Part shown: in pieces, positions 61,773 through 64,000 of the stretch
Layout of the letters: each line of letters starts with the position of its first letter
Position numbering within the stretch: the stretch's first letter is position 1
DNA from: Cyanobacteriota bacterium
GTDB lineage: Bacteria > Cyanobacteriota > Cyanobacteriia > Thermostichales > Thermostichaceae
Direction of reading: 5' to 3'
DNA length: 64,000 nt
Assembly: GCA_033764955.1 (NCBI GenBank)
Contig: JANRIL010000028.1
Span: 15,165 to 79,164 of the forward strand
Translations under genes and position numbers: made by a program
The notes under the pieces: model-generated
Told to the model about the DNA's origin: nothing
Seen by the model: the letters and a program-made list of their open reading frames with translations, nothing else
Database searches by the model: none

Positions 61773-62656
61773 ATTGGCTCCACCCCCCCACCCCCCCGCC
61801 ACCCCCCCAGGCGGAAACCCGCCCCCACCCGCAGGGGCAGAACCACTACCTGCTAATTATCTTGGACAGTTGCCGCTTTGATAGCCTGCTGGCAGCTCAT
61901 CCCAAGACCCTGCTGAAATTGGGATCCTTGGAGAAACGCTGGAGCTATGCCTCCTGGACTGCTCCCTCCCACTACAACCTGTTAATGGGATTGATGCCCC
62001 ACACCAGCCCTACCCAGGTTTTTGCTTCCGAGCACTACAAAAATGACTATCTAAAATTTAATGAACGTCTGGGATCCGCAGGAATTGCCTTCAAAAATCT
62101 GCTCCCCCAACTGTTTCTGCCCAGTTTTTTTAAGCACCATCTCGGCTATGCCACCCATGCCCGTGTTTCGTTGCCCGTCCTCAACCCCCAAACCCTGCTC
62201 AACAAAGATTTTGACTCCTATCTGCTGATGCCCAGCCACAACGATATGGCGGCTATGCTCGATCACCTCACCTTTCAGCCGGATCGCCCCTCCTTTTATT
62301 TGATGAATGTCGGCGAAACCCACTATCCCTATGCTTTGCCCCAGGAGGATCCCAGCCAATGGCCTCGCATCTCCGGCGTGAACGGGGTGCTGAAACGGCT
62401 AGATAGCTCAGGGGATCCGGATCTCTGTTTCTTTGACGAGGCCAAGCTACGGGAATTGCACCAACGACAAATCGAAGCGGTGCGTTATTTGGATGGCGTT
62501 TTTGAAGAACTGTTTGACCTAGTACCCCCCAACACCTACATCACAGTCACAGCAGATCATGGCGAGCTGTTTGGAGAAGGAGGCTATTTTGGGCATGGCC
62601 CTATCCATCACGAAAAGGTGCTGGAAGTACCCTTTATCGAAGGCAAGATCCGCTAG
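61760..62656 (+). CDS. Alkaline phosphatase/sulfatase superfamily metalloenzyme
   Basis: LDSCRFD, WTAPSH, ETHYPY, TADHGE, GH. Confidence 0.85.
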   Translation: MGFLDWLHPPTPPPPPQAETRPHPQGQNHYLLIILDSCRFDSLLAAHPKTLLKLGSLEKRWSYASWTAPSHYNLLMGLMPHTSPTQVFASEHYKNDYLKFNERLGSAGIAFKNLLPQLFLPSFFKHHLGYATHARVSLPVLNPQTLLNKDFDSYLLMPSHNDMAAMLDHLTFQPDRPSFYLMNVGETHYPYALPQEDPSQWPRISGVNGVLKRLDSSGDPDLCFFDEAKLRELHQRQIEAVRYLDGVFEELFDLVPPNTYITVTADHGELFGEGGYFGHGPIHHEKVLEVPFIEGKIR

Positions 62657-62727
62657 CCACTTGCCCTTCTCCTCCTCAACTCAAGGGCTATCGTAGAAAT
62701 AACCCACCATCACCGGATCCCTCCTCT

Positions 62728-63219
62728 ATGCTTCCTTTTTGGCTGGTTATCCCAGGAGTTGCCCTAGCCATTGCCTTTGTCTTTAACCGCCTCTTTCCCG
62801 ACACCTACAAATCGGCTCAGCACTACGACTGGTTTAGGCGGTTACGTCGCCCCCGTTGGCTGACCTTTGAGGGAGCTATTCCCTTTATCTGGATTTTTAT
62901 TTTCATTTGTGGGATCGCTTCCGCCTGCTTGGTTTGGCAAGTGGATCCCTCGCGGCCAATTATACGTGGGTTGATGGCGGGCTATGTCGGGGTGGAGGTG
63001 GCGATCCTGGCCTATATGCCGTTACTTTGTGGTTTACGCAGTCTGCGGGTAGGGGTGATAGCGGGAGCCTCAGGCTGGTTATGGGGCAGTTTATTAACGC
63101 TCTGGGTTTGGCCCCTTTCTGCCTGGGCGGGAGTGCTATTGCTGCCCTATGTGTTGTGGAGTCCCATCGGTACTTATGTCACCTGGGAGATGCTCCAACT
63201 GAATCCCACCGAAGCCTAG
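62728..63219 (+). CDS. tspO: TspO/MBR tryptophan-rich sensory protein
   Basis: WF..LRRP.W, LLLPYVLW, LN; 5 TM helices. Confidence 0.9.
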   Translation: MLPFWLVIPGVALAIAFVFNRLFPDTYKSAQHYDWFRRLRRPRWLTFEGAIPFIWIFIFICGIASACLVWQVDPSRPIIRGLMAGYVGVEVAILAYMPLLCGLRSLRVGVIAGASGWLWGSLLTLWVWPLSAWAGVLLLPYVLWSPIGTYVTWEMLQLNPTEA

Positions 63220-63483
63220 CTTACCCTTTTCCCCCACTGAGGAAGCCATGCCCCGCCACCGTAAAAAGTCAGATCTGCCCCAAAAAATTTGCCTGACCTG
63301 TCAGCGCCCTTTTGATTGGCGGAAAAAATGGGCGGACTGCTGGGATGAGGTGAAATATTGTTCGGATCGTTGCCGCCGCCACCGCCCCAGTGACCCCAAG
63401 GATCCCGTCGCCATCTAGCCGGAGATCCACCCTCAGCAGAAAGCCCAGGAACCAAGCAAAATAACGTCAACCGAGGAATCGCA

Positions 63484-63627
63484 ATGACGATGACAACCGC
63501 TACGAAAAACTGGACAGATGCTGAGTTTATGACCTTACCGGAGGATGGGCATCGTTACGAGTTGATGAATGGGAAGGAGGTGGATATAGGCAATGCTGGG
63601 ATGGAACATGGGGAAATGGGTTCTTAA
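63484..63627 (+). pseudogene. Truncated Uma2 (DUF820) endonuclease
   Basis: MTMTTATKNWTDAEFMTLPEDGHRYELMNG...GMEHG, then a stop after 47 aa. Confidence 0.75.
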
Positions 63628-63861
63628 TTTGGGAGATAGTCCTATTCAAGTCATGGCCATGAAATAACCGACTCTATAGGGCTGCCTTATTGAGAATAGG
63701 CAACCTGGAATGGGAGTTGTAGGCTTTGTTCTTTCTCAATTCGCATCCTGCTAAATTTGCCAGCATTACCCCTAGGGCACTACCAAAGGGACAAATAGTC
63801 CTGGCTTCAGACTGGCTCAAAGTTCGTCGATAATTTTCTAGTAGAGTCTGGGAGATGCGAA

Positions 63862-64000
63862 TGAACCTCTTGCGAAAGTCAGAAAAACAGCTCCAACTCA
63901 AAGTTATAGAGAGCAGCAATTAGATTAAAGCGCAGTCGAAAGCGACGACGACGGTTGCGGTATCGCTCCGACAAGATCCGAAAGACCTTGAGTCTGCCAA
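63862..64000 (-). mobile_element. 3' end of an IS5-family (ISL2/IS702-like) element, truncated by the window edge
   Basis: Minus-strand frame GRLKVFRILSERYRNRRRRFRLRFNLIAALYNFELELFF* (stop 63879-63881), followed by a TIR-like GAACCTCTTGCGAAAG. Confidence 0.75.

Noticed and set aside
63674..63919. 81-aa minus-strand ORF
   Set aside because: It begins inside the IS end and has no recognisable motif; at most a remnant of an interrupted gene.

Overview
Cyanobacterial chromosomal segment (psbO, crtB, cyanobacterial-type pilB/pilT/pilC, NtcA boxes). The frequent GGGATCCC palindrome suggests the thermophilic Thermostichus/Yellowstone Synechococcus lineage (inference). Most genes are housekeeping: hisG, DAHP synthase, an RNase R-like zam, phoU, uvrC, hrcA, def, rbsK, grxC, a PP2C/ABC1 pair, alpha-2-macroglobulin, HerA-like ATPase, fcl, acs, lipA, tspO and tRNA-Leu(TAG). 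The strongest finding is a ribosome-mediated attenuator upstream of the DAHP synthase gene, absent from the ORF track: a sigma70 promoter, a 28-aa Phe/Tyr/Trp-rich leader peptide, alternative 1:2, 2:3 and 3:4 hairpins and an intrinsic terminator. Other candidates are a gamma-glutamylation ethanolamine-utilisation cluster, an NtcA-boxed nitrogen-scavenging divergon with an atypical asparaginase-fold enzyme, a membrane-only mini-PilC, a solitary attC-like site, a split PES-like acyltransferase/hydrolase pair, decayed vapBC and Uma2 genes, and the end of an IS5-family element. All calls come from reading the sequence; no searches were run.
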